In this document: one piece after another, positions 50,760 through 59,714 of the stretch | Numbering within the stretch: position 1 is the first letter of the stretch | Layout: the number at the start of each line of letters is the position of its first letter | Source of the DNA: Alphaproteobacteria bacterium | GTDB taxonomy: Bacteria; Pseudomonadota; Alphaproteobacteria; Bin95 | Reading direction: 5' to 3' | DNA: 64,000 nt | Assembly (NCBI GenBank): GCA_965205265.1 | Contig: CBDBGH010000003.1 | Coordinates: 2,848,001 to 2,912,000, forward strand | Program-made: the position numbers and the translations under genes | Notes under the pieces: generated by a model | Told to the model about the DNA's origin: nothing | What the model saw: the letters and a program-made list of their open reading frames with translations, nothing else | Databases searched by the model: none

Positions 50760-51796
50760 CGCAGGTTCCGGATGCGAATGGCGGCGCGCTGCTGGAGGTC
50801 CGGGAGCTGCGCAAATATTTCCCCGTCCGGGGCGGCATCCTCAACCGCGCCATCGGCTGGGTGCAGGCGGTGGACGATATCGGTTTCGACGTGCTGCCCG
50901 GCGAAGTGCTCGGCATCGTCGGCGAGTCGGGCTGCGGCAAGTCCACGACGGCCCGCCTGCTCATGCATCTCATCCGCGCCGATGCGGGCCGGATCGTCTT
51001 CGACGGCGAGCCCGTCCGTCCCGACGACGCGGCCGGGCTGCGCGAACTGCGCCGCCGGATGCAGATGGTGTTCCAGGACTCCTATTCCTCGCTCAACCCC
51101 CGGCTGCCGATCGAGGACACGATCATGTTCGGGCCGAAGGTCCACGGCGTGTCCGCCGGGGAGGCCCGCGAGCGGGCGCGCGAACTGTTCGCGCTGGTGG
51201 GGCTCGATCCGGCGCAGTTCATCCGCCGCTATCCGCACGAGCTGTCGGGCGGCCAGCGCCAGCGGGTCAATATCGCCCGCGCGCTTGCGCTCGAACCCCG
51301 GCTGCTCATCCTCGACGAGGCGGTCTCTGCGCTCGACAAGTCGGTGGAGGCGCAGGTGCTGAACCTGCTGCTGACGCTCCGGCGCGAGCTCGGCCTCACC
51401 TATATCTTCATCTCGCACGACCTCAATGTCGTGCAGTACATGAGCGACCGGGTGCTGGTGATGTATCTCGGCAAGGTGGTGGAGATCGGCCCGACGGCCG
51501 ATATCTACGACCGCATGCAGCACCCCTATACGGAGGCGCTGCTCTCCGCCATGCCGTCGATGGACCCCGACCGGCGGACGGAGACGCCGCCGCTGGTCGG
51601 CGACCCGCCCAACCCCATCGACCCGCCGCCTGGATGCCGCTTCCATACGCGCTGCCGCTTCGCCGAGGATGTCTGCAGCCGCGCCGAACCCCGGCTCGGG
51701 CCGGCGGCCGGAAAGGACGCGGCGGGCGGTGCCGGCCATCTCGTCGCCTGCCACATGCGCAGCGCCGGCTCCGGCCACAGTCAGGCGCCGGCCTGA
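50756..51796 (+). CDS. ABC ATP-binding protein (DppF-like)
   Basis: [29 protein letters not shown] and GCRFHTRC motifs. Confidence 0.93.
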   Translation: MTQVPDANGGALLEVRELRKYFPVRGGILNRAIGWVQAVDDIGFDVLPGEVLGIVGESGCGKSTTARLLMHLIRADAGRIVFDGEPVRPDDAAGLRELRRRMQMVFQDSYSSLNPRLPIEDTIMFGPKVHGVSAGEARERARELFALVGLDPAQFIRRYPHELSGGQRQRVNIARALALEPRLLILDEAVSALDKSVEAQVLNLLLTLRRELGLTYIFISHDLNVVQYMSDRVLVMYLGKVVEIGPTADIYDRMQHPYTEALLSAMPSMDPDRRTETPPLVGDPPNPIDPPPGCRFHTRCRFAEDVCSRAEPRLGPAAGKDAAGGAGHLVACHMRSAGSGHSQAPA

Positions 51797-51798
51797 GC

Positions 51799-52773
51799 AT
51801 GGCGGCTCCGGCAACGGCCCCGGTCCTCCGCGCGGAGGATGTCACGGTCCGCTTCACCGGGCGGGACGCCACGGTGAATGCGGTGAACGGCGTCTCCTTC
51901 ACGCTCGACCCCGGCGAGGTGCTCTGCATTCTCGGCGAGTCCGGTTCCGGCAAGAGCGTCACCTTGCGCGCCCTGATGCGCCTGCTTCCACCCCGCCGGA
52001 CCGCGCTTTCGGGCCGGATCGAGCTTGCGGGACAGGATGTGATGGCGATGAGCCACCGCGCGCTCGCAGACCTGCGCGGCACGGAGGTCGGCATGATCTT
52101 CCAGGAGCCGATGGTGGCCTTCGACCCCGTTTATACCGTCGGCAGGCAGATCACCGAGACGATCGTCCGCCATGAGGGGGCGAGCCGCGAGGAGGCCCGG
52201 CGGCGCGCGATCGACCTACTGGACCGGGTGCGCATCCCCTCGCCCGAGCGGCGGCTGCGCGCCTATCCGCACGAGCTGTCCGGCGGCATGCGCCAGCGGG
52301 CGATGATCGCGCTCGCGCTCTGCTGCAATCCGAGCCTGCTGCTGGCCGACGAGCCGACCACCGCGCTCGACGCGACGGTGCAGATCCAGATCCTGCTGCT
52401 GCTCCGGGAATTGCAGCGCGAACTCGGCATGGCCGTCATCTTCGTCACCCACGATGTGGGCGTGGCGGTCGAGATCGCGGACCGGATCGCGGTGATGTAC
52501 GGCGGGAAGTTCATGGAGACGGGGCCGGTGCGCGAGATCATGGGCAATCCCCGCCACCCCTATACGCAGGGGCTGCTCTCCTCGACCGTCCACGGCTCGC
52601 TGCGCGGCCAGACGCTGGAGGCCATTCCGGGCTCGCCGCCGGACATGACGCGGCTGCCGCCCGGCTGCGCCTTCGCGCCCCGCTGCCGCTTCGCCGAGCC
52701 CGCCTGCGAGACCCCGCCGCCGGCGACCCAGCTCTCTCCCCAGCACATGGTCCGCTGCATCCGCGCGGCGTAA
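51799..52773 (+). CDS. ABC ATP-binding protein (DppD-like)
   Basis: [31 protein letters not shown] and GCAFAPRC motifs. Confidence 0.93.
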   Translation: MAAPATAPVLRAEDVTVRFTGRDATVNAVNGVSFTLDPGEVLCILGESGSGKSVTLRALMRLLPPRRTALSGRIELAGQDVMAMSHRALADLRGTEVGMIFQEPMVAFDPVYTVGRQITETIVRHEGASREEARRRAIDLLDRVRIPSPERRLRAYPHELSGGMRQRAMIALALCCNPSLLLADEPTTALDATVQIQILLLLRELQRELGMAVIFVTHDVGVAVEIADRIAVMYGGKFMETGPVREIMGNPRHPYTQGLLSSTVHGSLRGQTLEAIPGSPPDMTRLPPGCAFAPRCRFAEPACETPPPATQLSPQHMVRCIRAA

Positions 52774-52789
52774 GCCCGCGGCCCGCCCC

Positions 52790-54217
52790 TCAACCCGCGT
52801 GTATCGGCGGGCGGCGGTGGGCCCAGGGGGCGGCCTCTTCCAGCGCCGAGGCGATGCGGAACAGCGCCGCCTCGCCGCCGTAAGGAGCGACGAACTGGAC
52901 GCCGATGGGCAGGCCGTCCCGGTTCCAGTGCAGCGGAACGGAGGCGGCCGGATTGCCGGATGCGTTGAACACCGAGGTGAAGGCGATGGTGCGCATGACG
53001 TCCCGCCATTGCGCCCCGGCGTCTTCGCGCGAGGGCGAGAGCAGCCCGAGCGGCATGGGAGGGACGGGCATGGTCGGCGTGACGAGCAGGTCGAAATCGA
53101 GGAAGAAGCGCGCCACGAGGCGGCCCAGCGCATGGATGCCGTTCAGCGCGCGCACATAGTCGGCCCCCGTGCTACGGTCGCGCCGCGCCATGGCGAGGTT
53201 GTTCTTCTCCACATCCTCTTCGGTCGCCGGGCGGCCGAGAACCTGCTCGACCAGCTCCACCGTCTCGCGCGCATTGGCGTAGATGATCTGCATGTCGGCA
53301 TCGAGCAGCTCGCGGGGAATGGGAAGGCTCGCCTCCTCCACCTCGAGGCCGAGGCCCCGGCAGAGTTCCGCCGCTCTATCGACGGCCTCCAGGCAGTCGG
53401 GATGCGTCTCGACGCCGAACCAGGCCTCGCGAAGGATGGCGGCCTTCATGCCGGCCACCTCCCTGCCCAGCTCCTCCGCGAACGGCCGCTCCGGCGGCTC
53501 GGCCCAGTAGGGCGCGCCGACATCGGGTCCTGCGGTGCAATCCAGAAGCAGGGCGCTGTCCCGCACGCTCCTCGAAATCGCATGCACGGTTGCAAGACCG
53601 GACCAGCCCTCGCCGACAAGCGGTCCCATGGGATTGCGCCCGCGCGTCGGCTTCAGCCCGAACAGCCCGGTGCAGGAGGCCGGCACGCGGATCGAGCCGC
53701 CGCCGTCGGAGGCGTTCGCCATCGGGAGGACGCCCGCCGCCACCATGCTGGAGGCGCCGCCCGACGAGCCGCCGGAGGTGAGCTCCGGGTTCCAGGGGTT
53801 GCGCGTCTGGCCGTGAAGCGCGGACTCCGTGGTCGTGGAGAGCCCGAATTCCGGCGAGGCCGTCCGCCCGAAAATGCTGAGGCCGGCCGCCTTGTAGCGG
53901 CTGACCATCTCGCCGTCCTGGCCGGCGACGGTTCCCGCGAGCGCGCGGCAGCCATTGCTCTGCTTCTGCCCCCCATAGTCCTGGTAAAGGTCCTTCAGGA
54001 GGAACGGGACGCCGTGAAACGGCCCTTGGGGCAGACCCTCGCGGACGCGCTGCCTCGCATGGTCGTACCAGGGATAGACGAGCGCGTTGAGCCGGGGATT
54101 GACGCGCTCCGCCCGCTCGACCGCCTCCTCCAGAACCTCCAGGGCGGAAAGCTCTCCCCGCCCGACCAGACGGGCGAGTTCGGTCGCATCGAGATCGGCA
54201 TAACCCTGAATCGCCAT
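52790..54217 (-). CDS. Amidase signature family protein
   Basis: GVPFLLKDL, GGSSGG and SDGGGSIRVPAS (Lys-cisSer-Ser triad). Confidence 0.93.
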   Translation of the reverse strand: MAIQGYADLDATELARLVGRGELSALEVLEEAVERAERVNPRLNALVYPWYDHARQRVREGLPQGPFHGVPFLLKDLYQDYGGQKQSNGCRALAGTVAGQDGEMVSRYKAAGLSIFGRTASPEFGLSTTTESALHGQTRNPWNPELTSGGSSGGASSMVAAGVLPMANASDGGGSIRVPASCTGLFGLKPTRGRNPMGPLVGEGWSGLATVHAISRSVRDSALLLDCTAGPDVGAPYWAEPPERPFAEELGREVAGMKAAILREAWFGVETHPDCLEAVDRAAELCRGLGLEVEEASLPIPRELLDADMQIIYANARETVELVEQVLGRPATEEDVEKNNLAMARRDRSTGADYVRALNGIHALGRLVARFFLDFDLLVTPTMPVPPMPLGLLSPSREDAGAQWRDVMRTIAFTSVFNASGNPAASVPLHWNRDGLPIGVQFVAPYGGEAALFRIASALEEAAPWAHRRPPIHAG

Positions 54218-54286
54218 CGAAACCTCCCGCGAAAGTCGGCGAGGACCGCACTATAGTGCTGTCGCCGTCGAAGGGAGGCAGGTCTT

Positions 54287-54931
54287 ATGGGGCTCAGGGG
54301 GCAGGTCGTGCCGGTCACGCCGTTCCAGCAGAACTGCTCGATCGTATGGTCGGAGGCGACCATGACGGGCGCGGTGATCGACCCGGGCGGCGACCTGCCG
54401 CGCATCCGGGCCGCCGTCGAGCAGGCGGGAGTGGCGGTCGAGAAGATCCTGCTGACCCACGGTCATGTCGATCACGCCGCCGGCGCCGGAACGCTCGCCG
54501 CCGAGCTTGGCGTGCCCATCGAAGGCCCGCATGAGGCCGACCGCTTCCTGATCGAGGGCCTGCCGGAACAGGCGGAGCAGTTCGGCTTCGGGCCCGCCAT
54601 CGCTTTCGAGCCCGCGCGCTGGCTCGACGAGGGCGACGAAGTGACGGTCTCCGACCTTGTGCTGGAGGTGCGCCACTGTCCCGGCCACACGCCGGGCCAT
54701 GTGATCTTCTTCCACCGGCCGTCCAACCTCGCCGTGGTGGGCGACGTGCTGTTCCAGGGGTCCATCGGGCGGACCGACCTGCCGGGCGGCGACCATGCGG
54801 CGCTCATCCACTCGATCCGCACCAGGCTCTGGCCGCTCGGCTCCGACATAACCTTCCTGCCGGGCCACGGGCCCATGTCCACCTTCGCCGCCGAACGGGC
54901 CGCAAACCCCTTCGTCGGCGACGGCGTTTAG
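54287..54931 (+). CDS. MBL-fold metallo-hydrolase (YcbL/GloC-like)
   Basis: PFQQNC, THGHVDH, PGHTPG, GDVLF..SIGRTD and PGHG motifs. Confidence 0.92.
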   Translation: MGLRGQVVPVTPFQQNCSIVWSEATMTGAVIDPGGDLPRIRAAVEQAGVAVEKILLTHGHVDHAAGAGTLAAELGVPIEGPHEADRFLIEGLPEQAEQFGFGPAIAFEPARWLDEGDEVTVSDLVLEVRHCPGHTPGHVIFFHRPSNLAVVGDVLFQGSIGRTDLPGGDHAALIHSIRTRLWPLGSDITFLPGHGPMSTFAAERAANPFVGDGV

Positions 54932-54977
54932 CGCCCCGTTCCGACGCTCACGCGCCGTTGTCCGAGTCTCTGCATCC

Positions 54978-55454
54978 CGTCATGGCCGGCCGTCCCAAGT
55001 CGTCATGGCCGGACTTGTTCCATTGCTGTCCGGTTTAGATTTTATGGACAGGACGTATGGCTCGAATTCAACCGGGTTTCGAGGGGTTCGGCGGGATCGG
55101 GACCCGGATCGACGCCCGGCGTCCCGACCCTCACATCGTCATACCCGCCCCATATCGTCATACCCGGACTTGTTCCGGGTATCTCTCTCAAGCGGCTCAG
55201 CCGGGCGGCCGTGTGGATACCCGGAACAAGTCCGGGTATGACGGAGAAGCCTGTCCTGAGCTTGTCGAAGGAGGGCGTTGGGGCCTCACGGGCAAGGGGC
55301 GGATCGCAGACGCAGTGCGCTCCCGACACCCCGTTCGGCTCCCCCCGATGGCTAAACCGGACAGCCGTGGACTTGTTCCGGCCATCCGCTTCCGCCGCCG
55401 CGAGCGCCCCGAGAGAGATGCCCGGAACAAGTCCGGGCATGACGGGGGGATGAC
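54978..55454. repeat. Cluster of REP-like palindromes (GTCAT-start, CTTGT loop) forming two inverted doublets
   Basis: Inner perfect inverted pair at 55157-55183 and 55216-55242. Outer pair: an interrupted copy starting at 55002 (resuming to about 55387) and an inverted copy at 55417-55443. Half-motifs at 54978 and 55137. CCTGAGCTTGTCGAAGG motif at about 55255-55271. Confidence 0.85.
55021..55369. mobile_element. Non-autonomous MITE/IS remnant (349 bp) inserted into a REP loop
   Basis: 18-bp terminal inverted repeats CATTGCTGTCCGGTTTAG and CTAAACCGGACAGCCGTG (16/18 match), flanked by the 9-bp direct repeat GACTTGTTC (55012-55020, 55370-55378); no transposase. Confidence 0.78.
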
Positions 55455-55500
55455 GTTCGGGCGTGACGGAGGAGCAGCCGGGGCCTCGGGAAACGGGCTG

Positions 55501-56022
55501 CTACTCCTCCAGCTTGAGCCCCGGAATTCCGAGTTTTCCGGTGCGCTCGATCTTGGCCACGATGCGCGCATCGTGGCGGAACCACTGGCCGGACGGCTTG
55601 TCCGGATTGGCCTTGGCCCATTCCTTGACGAACCAGTTGCCGCGCGCCCATTTGCCGTCCGGGTCCGCCGATTTCTTGAACTGCACGGCGAACATCGGCA
55701 GCTTCGGGTTCTCGATCAGCAGCCCGTCCACGATGGTCTTCTTGCCGCAGAAGGGCACGAGGTCGGCCTGCGTGCCGGCGAAGGGATCGAAGTTCTTGGC
55801 CGCCGGGATGAGCCGGCCTTCCTCGGTGAGCAGGCCGAGCTGGCGCTTGCCGCCGCCGCAATTCTCCGGGCAGTCGCCGGTGAGCACGCAGGCGATATCG
55901 ACGACGGTCACGGTCAGCCGCGCCTTCTCCTCATATTCGATGCCCCATTCCTCGGCGGCGAAGGCGGGCGCGGCGATCAGCAGAAGGCCGGCAAGAGCGG
56001 ACAGGATACGCATGGCGCTCAC
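55501..56022 (-). CDS. Secreted hypothetical protein with VVDxxC...CxxxC motif (protein B)
   Basis: Signal peptide (..APAFA); good high-GC codon usage; GTGA overlap with the upstream gene. Confidence 0.85.
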   Translation of the reverse strand: MSAMRILSALAGLLLIAAPAFAAEEWGIEYEEKARLTVTVVDIACVLTGDCPENCGGGKRQLGLLTEEGRLIPAAKNFDPFAGTQADLVPFCGKKTIVDGLLIENPKLPMFAVQFKKSADPDGKWARGNWFVKEWAKANPDKPSGQWFRHDARIVAKIERTGKLGIPGLKLEE

Positions 56023-56435
56023 TCCCCGAACGGCATGATGCCGTATTCTTCGTGGGTCAGGTTGACGACGCCGCCGTCTTCGGCGACCTCGGTCACGATC
56101 AGGTAGTTGACGCCGTCGCGCCTGTAGAGGTCGCCGTCCACCGTGACCCGGTGGGACTGGATGTCGATGACGCGCGGATTGTCCACCGGGTCCTCGTCCT
56201 CGATGCGGAGCACCATATAGACCGTCCCGTCATCGCCCTTGATGGAGACCGGGATGCCGCCCACCGCGCACCAGACGGCGCACTGATGATGCGCCGTGCC
56301 CTCGGCGAACATGATCTCGGTGACATAGCACCATGTGTCGATGACCTCGCCCGCGATGCGGACGCGCTCCGGCGCCGCCGCCTGCGCCCCGGAAACGCAG
56401 GCGAGCGCCAGAATTCCCGCCAGCAGTGCCCTCAT
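56019..56435 (-). CDS. Secreted hypothetical protein with VIDxxC...HHxCxxxC motif (protein A)
   Basis: Signal peptide; good codon usage; ATGA overlap with the cytochrome c stop. Confidence 0.85.
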   Translation of the reverse strand: MRALLAGILALACVSGAQAAAPERVRIAGEVIDTWCYVTEIMFAEGTAHHQCAVWCAVGGIPVSIKGDDGTVYMVLRIEDEDPVDNPRVIDIQSHRVTVDGDLYRRDGVNYLIVTEVAEDGGVVNLTHEEYGIMPFGE

Positions 56436-56809
56436 TCAACCGCACTCCTCAGATAAGCGATAACGGCCGCGCGCTGCCCGGCTTTCCTGAAGCCCGGAAA
56501 CGCCATGCGCGTGCCCTTTGCGAACGCTCTCGGCTTGGTCAGCCAGGCGTCCAGGTTTTCCTCGGTCCAGGTCTTGCCCTTGTGCCTGCTGAGCCCCTTG
56601 GAATATTTGAAGCCCGGCGCCGAGGCGATGGGCCGGCCGACCACGCCCCAGAGGTTCGGGCCGACCTTCTTCTTGCCGGTCTCGTCGAGGCGGTGGCAGG
56701 TCGTGCATTTCTTCTTGAAGAGCTTCGCCCCGTCGCTGGCGTCCGCAGCGGCCGGCGCAGCCATGCCGGCAAGCAGCCCCGCCGCCAGGACCAGTCCCAG
56801 AATTCGCAT
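56432..56809 (-). CDS. Class I cytochrome c (c2-like)
   Basis: Signal peptide; CTTCH heme motif; VGPNLWGVVGR, FKYS and the axial Met in GTRMAF. Confidence 0.95.
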   Translation of the reverse strand: MRILGLVLAAGLLAGMAAPAAADASDGAKLFKKKCTTCHRLDETGKKKVGPNLWGVVGRPIASAPGFKYSKGLSRHKGKTWTEENLDAWLTKPRAFAKGTRMAFPGFRKAGQRAAVIAYLRSAVE

Positions 56810-56962
56810 GAACCGGCCCCCTTTCCTCCCTCGGCGCCCGGCGTCAAATTACAGTCCGGAGAGGCCCGGCACCAGCATTCCGGCCGGCCGGCTCTTCACT
56901 TTTCCGTGTGCAACCGCGCCGCTTTTCCGTTACACTGAAATTTCGGTCATGGCGACCGTGAC

Positions 56963-56978
56963 CTACAAGATGTTGTAG
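56963..56978. promoter_or_regulatory. NrdR box
   Basis: CTACAAGATGTTGTAG fits the acaCwAtATaTwGtgt consensus, 44 nt upstream of nrdA; a weak second box may lie 31 bp upstream at 56932. Confidence 0.75.
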
Positions 56979-57022
56979 GTAATGGGGAAAAACTGCGTAC
57001 CGGTTGTGTGTGGAGGCAAGGT

Positions 57023-58903
57023 ATGGACGGCGCAGGCGCATTGGAGCTCCGAGACCGCGCGACGGACAACGCGGCGCCGCTGCTGCGCGGCCTCACCGCC
57101 CATGAGGTCTATCAGAACGAGCGCGGAATCCGCGTCGCGCTCGACCGCAGCCGCGACGGTCTGCTGACGAAATTCGGCAGGGAGACGCTGGAAGACCGCT
57201 ACCTGATGCCGGGCGAATCCTACCAGGACCTGTTCGCCCGCGTCGCCGGGCATTTCGCCGACGACAGCGCGCATGCCCAGCGTCTCTACGACTACATTTC
57301 CCGGCTCTGGTTCATGCCGGCGACGCCCGTGCTGTCCAACGGCGGCACCAGGCGCGGCCTGCCGATCTCCTGCTTCCTGAACGAGGCCGACGACAGCCTG
57401 GAGGGCATTGTCGGGCTCTGGACGGAGAATGTGTGGCTGGCGGCGCGCGGCGGCGGCATCGGCAGCTATTGGGGGAACCTCCGCTCCATCGGCGAAAAGG
57501 TCGGGCAGAACGGGCGCACCTCCGGCGTCATCCCCTTCGTGCGCGTCATGGATTCGCTGACGCTGGCCATCAGCCAGGGCAGCCTCCGGCGCGGCTCGGC
57601 GGCGGTTTACATGCAGGCGAGCCACCCGGAGATCGAGGAGTTCGTGGAGCTGCGCCGGCCGACCGGCGGCGACCCCAACCGCAAGGCGCTCAACCTGCAT
57701 CACGGCGTGCTGGTGCCCGACGCCTTCATGCGCGCCGTCGAGGCGGACGAGGAATGGGCGCTCATCAGCCCGCGCGACCACAGCGTGCAGAACCGCATCC
57801 GCGCCCGCGACCTCTGGATCCGCATCCTGACGGCGCGGATCGAGACCGGCGAGCCCTATCTCATCTTCATCGACCATGTGAACCGCGCCCGGCCGGAGCA
57901 CCACAAGCTGGCGGGCCTCGAGGTGAAGACCTCGAACCTCTGTTCCGAAATCGTGCTGCCGACCGGCCCGGACCATCGTGGCGGCGAGCGCACGGCCGTG
58001 TGCTGCCTCTCCTCGCTCAACCTCGAGCGCTACCTCGAATGGGAGAAGGCGCCGGGTTTCATCGAGGACGTGATGCGCTTCCTCGACAATGTGCTTGAGG
58101 ACTTCATCGAGAACGCGCCGGAGAGCATGAGCACGGCCGCTTATGCGGCGATGCGCGAGCGCTCGGTGGGGCTCGGCGTCATGGGCTTCCACAGCTTCCT
58201 GCAAAGCATGGACGTGCCGTTCGAATCCGTCATGGCGTCGGTCTGGAACCGGCGCATCTTCGCCCGCATCCGGGCGGATACCGGCGCGGCGTCGAAGCGG
58301 CTGGCGGACGAGCGCGGCCCCTGTCCGGACGCCGCCGATTTCGGCATGGCCGAGCGCTTCTCCAACAAGACCGCGATTGCGCCCACCGCCTCCATCTCGA
58401 TTATCTGCGGCGGCGCCTCGCCCGGCATCGAGCCGCTGGCGGCCAACGCCTATACCCACAAGACGCTCTCCGGCTCCTTCGCCGTGCGCAACCGCTATCT
58501 GGAGGCGGTGCTGGAGGAAGCCGGCCGCAATGACGAGGAGACCTGGTCCTCGATCACGGTCAATGAGGGCTCGGTGCAGCATCTCGACTTCCTGACCGAA
58601 GACCAGAAGGCTGTGTTCAAGACGGCGTTCGAGCTCGACCAGCGCTGGATCGTGGACCTCGCCGCCGAGCGCGCGCCGATGGTGGACCAAGCCCAGTCGG
58701 TCAATCTCTTCCTGCCGGCGGACATCCACAAGCGCGACCTGCACGGCCTGCACCACATGGCATGGAAGCGCGGCCTGAAGAGCCTCTATTACTGCCGCTC
58801 GAAATCGCTCCAGCGCGCCGAGGCGGTGGGCGGCAAGCGCGTGGCGCGGCAGGACGAGGCGCCGCTCCGGGTCGATTACGAAGAGTGCCTCGCATGCCAG
58901 TGA
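57023..58903 (+). CDS. nrdA: Ribonucleoside-diphosphate reductase alpha subunit (class I, no ATP cone)
   Basis: PATPVLSN, PISCFL, SNLCSEI, VCCLSS, IAPTAS, DQAQSVN, LKSLYY and C-terminal ECLACQ; GGAGG SD. Confidence 0.95.
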   Translation: MDGAGALELRDRATDNAAPLLRGLTAHEVYQNERGIRVALDRSRDGLLTKFGRETLEDRYLMPGESYQDLFARVAGHFADDSAHAQRLYDYISRLWFMPATPVLSNGGTRRGLPISCFLNEADDSLEGIVGLWTENVWLAARGGGIGSYWGNLRSIGEKVGQNGRTSGVIPFVRVMDSLTLAISQGSLRRGSAAVYMQASHPEIEEFVELRRPTGGDPNRKALNLHHGVLVPDAFMRAVEADEEWALISPRDHSVQNRIRARDLWIRILTARIETGEPYLIFIDHVNRARPEHHKLAGLEVKTSNLCSEIVLPTGPDHRGGERTAVCCLSSLNLERYLEWEKAPGFIEDVMRFLDNVLEDFIENAPESMSTAAYAAMRERSVGLGVMGFHSFLQSMDVPFESVMASVWNRRIFARIRADTGAASKRLADERGPCPDAADFGMAERFSNKTAIAPTASISIICGGASPGIEPLAANAYTHKTLSGSFAVRNRYLEAVLEEAGRNDEETWSSITVNEGSVQHLDFLTEDQKAVFKTAFELDQRWIVDLAAERAPMVDQAQSVNLFLPADIHKRDLHGLHHMAWKRGLKSLYYCRSKSLQRAEAVGGKRVARQDEAPLRVDYEECLACQ

Positions 58904-59640
58904 GCGGCGGGCCGCTTTCCGGAAAGACCGCCCTCGTCACCGGCGCCAGCCGCAATATCGGACGCGAAATCTGCCTGCGGCTCGCGCGCGAGGGCGCGCA
59001 TGTCTGCGTCAACACCCGCCGGGCGGCCGATGCCGCGCGCGCGGTGGTGGCGGAAGTCGAGGCGGCGGGCGGCTCCGCCTCGCTGCACATGGCGGACGTG
59101 ACCGACGAGGCGGCGGTCACGGCGATGGCGGCGGCGGCGGGCCCGGTCGATATCCTGGTCAACAACGCCGCTATCCGCCGCCATGTCCCCTTCCTCGACT
59201 CGACGCTCGCCGACTGGCGCGAGGCGCAGGCGGTCGTCCTCGAAGGGGCCTATCTCTGCGCCCGCGCCGTGCTGGCGTCCATGCAGGCGAAGGGCTGGGG
59301 GCGGATCGTCAATATGGGCGGCGTCTCGGCGCATATGGGCATGGCGGAGCGCGCCCATGTCAGTGCCGCCAAGGCGGGACTGATCGGCTTCACCAAGGGG
59401 CTCGCCAAGGAGTTCGGCCTTGCCGGCATCACCGTCAATTGCGTGGTGCCGGGCGTGATCGACACGGTGCGCGACCCCGGCGGGCTCAGCCCCGGGCAGG
59501 CGAGCGCCGTGCCCATTGCCGTCGGCCGTCAGGGCCGCCCGGAGGAAGTCGCCGAAACGGTCGTGCATCTCTGCCGCCCGGAAAGCGCCTACATCACCGG
59601 CGCCACCATCCATGTGAACGGGGGCGCCTACCTGCCCTGA
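58900..59640 (+). CDS. SDR family oxidoreductase (FabG-like)
   Basis: TGASRNIG and LVNNAA motifs; catalytic motif reads HVSAAK instead of YxxxK; GTGA overlap with the nrdA stop. Confidence 0.88.
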   Translation: MSGGPLSGKTALVTGASRNIGREICLRLAREGAHVCVNTRRAADAARAVVAEVEAAGGSASLHMADVTDEAAVTAMAAAAGPVDILVNNAAIRRHVPFLDSTLADWREAQAVVLEGAYLCARAVLASMQAKGWGRIVNMGGVSAHMGMAERAHVSAAKAGLIGFTKGLAKEFGLAGITVNCVVPGVIDTVRDPGGLSPGQASAVPIAVGRQGRPEEVAETVVHLCRPESAYITGATIHVNGGAYLP

Positions 59641-59714
59641 GCGCGTCCCGGCCGATGACAGCGGCGCATCGCAGGGGTAGCATGGCGGAAAGCCTGAGGG
59701 CGGGAGGCCGCGTC

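Noticed and set aside
54978-55454. Possible CRISPR array, or coding ORFs (55005-55241, 55042-55440, 55211-55453)
   Set aside because: The repeats are inverted palindromic doublets, not regularly spaced direct repeats, and there are no cas genes; the ORFs are translations of the repeats.
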